Shown here: positions 60,978 through 64,000 of the stretch, piece by piece
Numbering within the stretch: position 1 is the first letter of the stretch
Layout of the letters: the number at the start of each line of letters is the position of its first letter
Assembly (NCBI GenBank): GCA_963832165.1
Contig: CAWHTE010000008.1
Coordinates: 70,250 to 134,249, forward strand
Direction of reading: 5' to 3'
Length of the DNA stretch: 64,000 bases
Source: an uncultured delta proteobacterium
GTDB lineage: Bacteria; Myxococcota_A; UBA9160; SMWR01
Made by a program: the position numbers and the translations under genes
The notes under the pieces: model-generated
The model's input: only the letters and a program-made list of their open reading frames with translations
What the model was told of the DNA's origin: nothing
Database searches by the model: none

Positions 60978-61015
60978 AGCCGGCGGGAATCTCACCACTC
61001 GGAGGGAGAGGATCC

Positions 61016-62390
61016 ATGAAGACCCTGGACGGAAAGGCGGCCCTGCGGGTCGCTCAGGAGAAGCTCGCGCGGCAGTCGAAGGGCTCGGGCGAGCTGTACG
61101 AGCGCTCGCGGCGGCTCATGCCGGGCGGCGTCACGAGCAACATTCGCTACGCCGATCCTCACCCTCTCTACGTCCGGGACGCCCGTGGCGCGCGGATCTG
61201 GGATGTCGATGGCCACGAGTACGTCGACTGCCGCCTCGGCTTCGGCCCGGTGATCCTGGGTCACTCGCCCGAGGCCGTCACCGCCTCGGTGATGCGGGCC
61301 TTGATGAACGGGACCGTGTACGCGCTCCCCCACGCGGGCGAGGCCGATCTGGCCGAGAAGGTGATCGACTCGGTGCCCGGCGCCGAGATGACGACGTTCT
61401 GCAGCTCGGGCTCCGAGGCGACGCTGCACGCGCTCCGTCTGGCCCGCGCGTACACGGGGCGGAAGAAGATCGCGAAGTTCGAGGGCGGCTACCACGGCAT
61501 TCACGACACCGTGATGATGAGCGTGCAGTACAAGCCCGGGGAGGCGGGGCCGGTCGAGGCGCCCGTCGCTACGGTGGAGTCGCCCGGCATCCCCGAGGAG
61601 ACCGTGCGGAACACGATGGTGCTGCCGTTCAACCACCCGGCGGCCCTCGATCTCATCGCGGCCCATGCCCACGAGCTAGCCGCGGTCATCGTCGAGCCGG
61701 TGCAGGGCTCGGCGGGGTCGATCCCGGGGACGCCCGAGTTCCTTGCGTCGCTCCGTGCGGTCACGCTCGGCACGGCGTCGTGCTCGTCTTCGACGAGGTC
61801 ATCACCGGATTTCGCGTGGCGCTCGGCGGGGCGCAGGAGCACTACGGAATCCGCGCCGATCTCGCGACGTTCGGCAAGATTCTCGGCGGCGGCTTTCCCT
61901 TCGGCGCCGTCGCAGGCTCGCGCGACCTGATGCAGCTCATGTCGGTGCCCGACGCCAAGAAGGCCGGGCGGGCGGCGGTGGCCTACGGCGGCACGTTCAA
62001 CGGCAATCCGACCTCGGTGGCGGCGGCGAACGCGACGCTGGACTTCCTCCGGGAGCATCGTGACGTCTACCAGACGATGAACGCGCAAGGCGATCGGATT
62101 CGCCGCGAGGTGCCGGCCAAGGCCGCGGCGCTCGGCATCCCACTGAGCGCCTGCGGGCTCGGCTCTATCTGTTCGCGTTCCGGTTCGTCGACGGGCCCGT
62201 CAGGAGCGTCCGCGATGCGGCCGCCGAGGACCCCGACCTGCTGCAGGCCCTGTTCCTGTTCCTCCTGAGCGAGGGCGTCCTCATCCACCCTCGGCACAGC
62301 TTCCTATCGAGCGCCCACGGCGACGCCGAGATCGCCGGGATCGTGCAGGGTTACGACCGCTCGCTGCGCGAGATCCAGGCGGCGGCCTGA
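61016..62390 (+). CDS. Class III PLP aminotransferase (GSA-aminomutase-like); frameshifts near 61768 and 62170
   Basis: MPGGVTS, DVDGHEYVD, SGSEAT, FEGGYHG, FDEVITGFR, TFGKILGGG, GGTFNGNP; RBS GGAGGGAG. Confidence 0.87.
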
Positions 62391-62624
62391 AGACCCGGGA
62401 GAAGAGGCGGACGCCGCGTCCGGGGGTGGCGTCGCGCCCTTCCTCTCCCCGGAGGGCGCTCGGAGTCGGTAGGGGGCCGGACGACAGGCGCTCCGGCTTT
62501 GTTGCGCAACAGGACGGCGTCCGGCCGTGCGCGGCAAGTCAGGAGCGTCCGGTCGAGTCGCCCATCGCCCACAGATTCTGCGACTGGGCGACGCGCCGGT
62601 GCTATCATGCGAGCGGTTTTGGTG

Positions 62625-63280
62625 ATGCCCCGCGTGAGCGGTGTAATTCTCGCCGGCGGCAGGAGCCGTCGGATGGGCGGGTCCCCGAAGGCGCTCCTTC
62701 CGTTCGGTGGTCGCCCACTGATCGAGCACATAGCGGAGACGTTGCGATCGGTCTTGTCGGACTGCTTGGTTGTCACGAACACCCCCGAGCTCTACGCGTC
62801 TCTCGGCCTTCCGATGGTCGGTGACATCTTCCCGGAGGGCGGTTCTCTGGGGGGCTCTACTCCGGCCTCCGGGCGGTCTCGGGTGACGCCGCCCTCTGTG
62901 TCGCGAGCGACATGCCGTTCCTTTCCGCCCCGCTCCTCCGATACCTGGCCGAGCGCTCCGGCGATGCCGACGTGGTGATTCCCGAGGCGGCCGGCGGGCC
63001 GCAGACTCTCCACGCCGTCTACCGGAAGGCATGCCTCCCGGCGCTGGAGCGACGCCTTCGGGCGGGGCAGCTCAAGATCGTCGACCTGCTCGACGACGTC
63101 CGGGTCCTTCGGCTGACCGCGGCCGATGTCCGGCCCTTCGCCGACCCGGAGCTGGCGTTCATGAATCTCAACACCCCGGAGGACCTCGCGCGGGCGCGTG
63201 CGCTCTGGGACCGGCAATCGACCGGAGCCGCGCGGGCGTCGTCCCTCCCTGCGCCGCACGAGGACGGGACGGCCGGTTGA
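62625..63280 (+). CDS. mobA: Molybdenum cofactor guanylyltransferase; frameshift in a G-run near 62850
   Basis: ILAGGRSRRMGG.PKALL, DIFPEGGSLGG, CVASDMPFL, LHAVY, FMNLNTPEDL. Confidence 0.87.
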
Positions 63281-64000
63281 CGGACGCGCGGGTCGCCGGT
63301 CTCGAGCTCGGCTCCCTTCAGGAGCTGAACGGGCTGCCGGCGCCGCTTCGCGAGGGCCTCTACGGACGGCTCATGCCGGCGGAGGTGTGCGCCCGCTTCG
63401 GGGTCAGCCAGGCGACGGGGCTGAACGGTGCGGGCCATCGGCTCCTCCGGATCTTCGCGCCGCCGGAGCAGAGCTGGGCGCGCGTCGAGCTGCGGGCTTC
63501 GCGCGACGATCGCGACCCGGTCGTCGTCGTCGATGTCGAGATCGGCCCGTTCGGCGTTCCGGAGCTCTCCTTCGTGCAGGTCACGGATCCCGCCTCCTCG
63601 CGATTCGGGATTGACCGGGACGACGACGGCCAAGAGACCCTTCTGGGGACGCTGACGCGGAATCTCCCCGAAGAGCGGCGGGCGGCGGAGGCGGGGCTCG
63701 CCCCGGGCCAGGTCCGACCCGGGCTGGGGCTCCTCGGTCGCGTCCTCGACGCCATGGAAGACTTCTCCCGTCTCTTCGGGAAGGATCTGTTCCTCGTGGA
63801 GCCGCTCTTCTACCACTCGGCGCTCCTCTACGAGCGGCACGGCTGTGATTACTTGCTCGGCCGAGAGCTGATGGAGACCATCGACCGGGAGTTCCGCTCG
63901 GGCGGTCGTCTCCACAAGGCGCTAGATGGGTCCACCCCCTTCCGGCAGGAGGGGTTCGACCGGACCATCCGCGGGCGGAGCTGGGCCATCCACGATGGCA
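63277..64000 (+). CDS. Conserved hypothetical protein, open to the window end (absent from the ORF track)
   Basis: TTG start overlaps the mobA stop; stop-free frame ...RNLPEERRAAEAGLAPGQVRPGL...EPLFYHSALLYERHG...LDGSTPFR...RGRSWAIHDG. Confidence 0.8.
   Translation, partial: MTDARVAGLELGSLQELNGLPAPLREGLYGRLMPAEVCARFGVSQATGLNGAGHRLLRIFAPPEQSWARVELRASRDDRDPVVVVDVEIGPFGVPELSFVQVTDPASSRFGIDRDDDGQETLLGTLTRNLPEERRAAEAGLAPGQVRPGLGLLGRVLDAMEDFSRLFGKDLFLVEPLFYHSALLYERHGCDYLLGRELMETIDREFRSGGRLHKALDGSTPFRQEGFDRTIRGRSWAIHDG

Noticed and set aside
61016..62390. hemL assignment
   Set aside because: GSA-aminomutase-like motifs are present, but the context is not tetrapyrrole synthesis, so it is left as a class III aminotransferase.

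Overview
Very GC-rich bacterial DNA. A lipoprotein signal and a PEP-CTERM protein point to a diderm (Gram-negative) host; a Myxococcota/Binatia-like organism is only a guess. About 59 kb (1.9-60.9 kb) is one dense catabolic island. It encodes 3 cytochromes P450, 2 Rieske oxygenase alpha subunits each followed by a small conserved protein, a KshB-like reductase, and a CoxG + L/S/M-type molybdenum hydroxylase. It also encodes 6 acyl-CoA dehydrogenase genes (two heteromeric pairs, one two-domain fusion, one single), 3 CoA ligases, 2 family III CoA transferases, 2 enoyl-CoA hydratases and an Ltp2/DUF35/MaoC module. The rest comprises 2 LLM (probably F420) oxidoreductases, 2 amidohydrolases, 8 SDRs, 2 TetR regulators and a split B12-dependent acyl-CoA mutase with MeaB. 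Main observations: (1) the mutase keeps the Tyr/Arg pair of methylmalonyl-CoA mutase but has a remodelled pocket (GAH, GCVAGG, FTAAWDE); (2) a GAGAAT-N3-ATTCTC-like palindrome recurs as tandem pairs about 22 bp apart in at least six promoter regions, suggesting one regulon that includes a surface-anchored PEP-CTERM enzyme; (3) an abrupt junction near 60.85 kb joins a 5'-truncated alcohol dehydrogenase to the 3' tail of an unrelated gene, beyond which the gene content changes. About 15 frameshifts in otherwise intact genes are most likely long-read indel errors. I saw no rRNA, tRNA, CRISPR array or mobile element. All family calls come from motif recognition; no database search was run.
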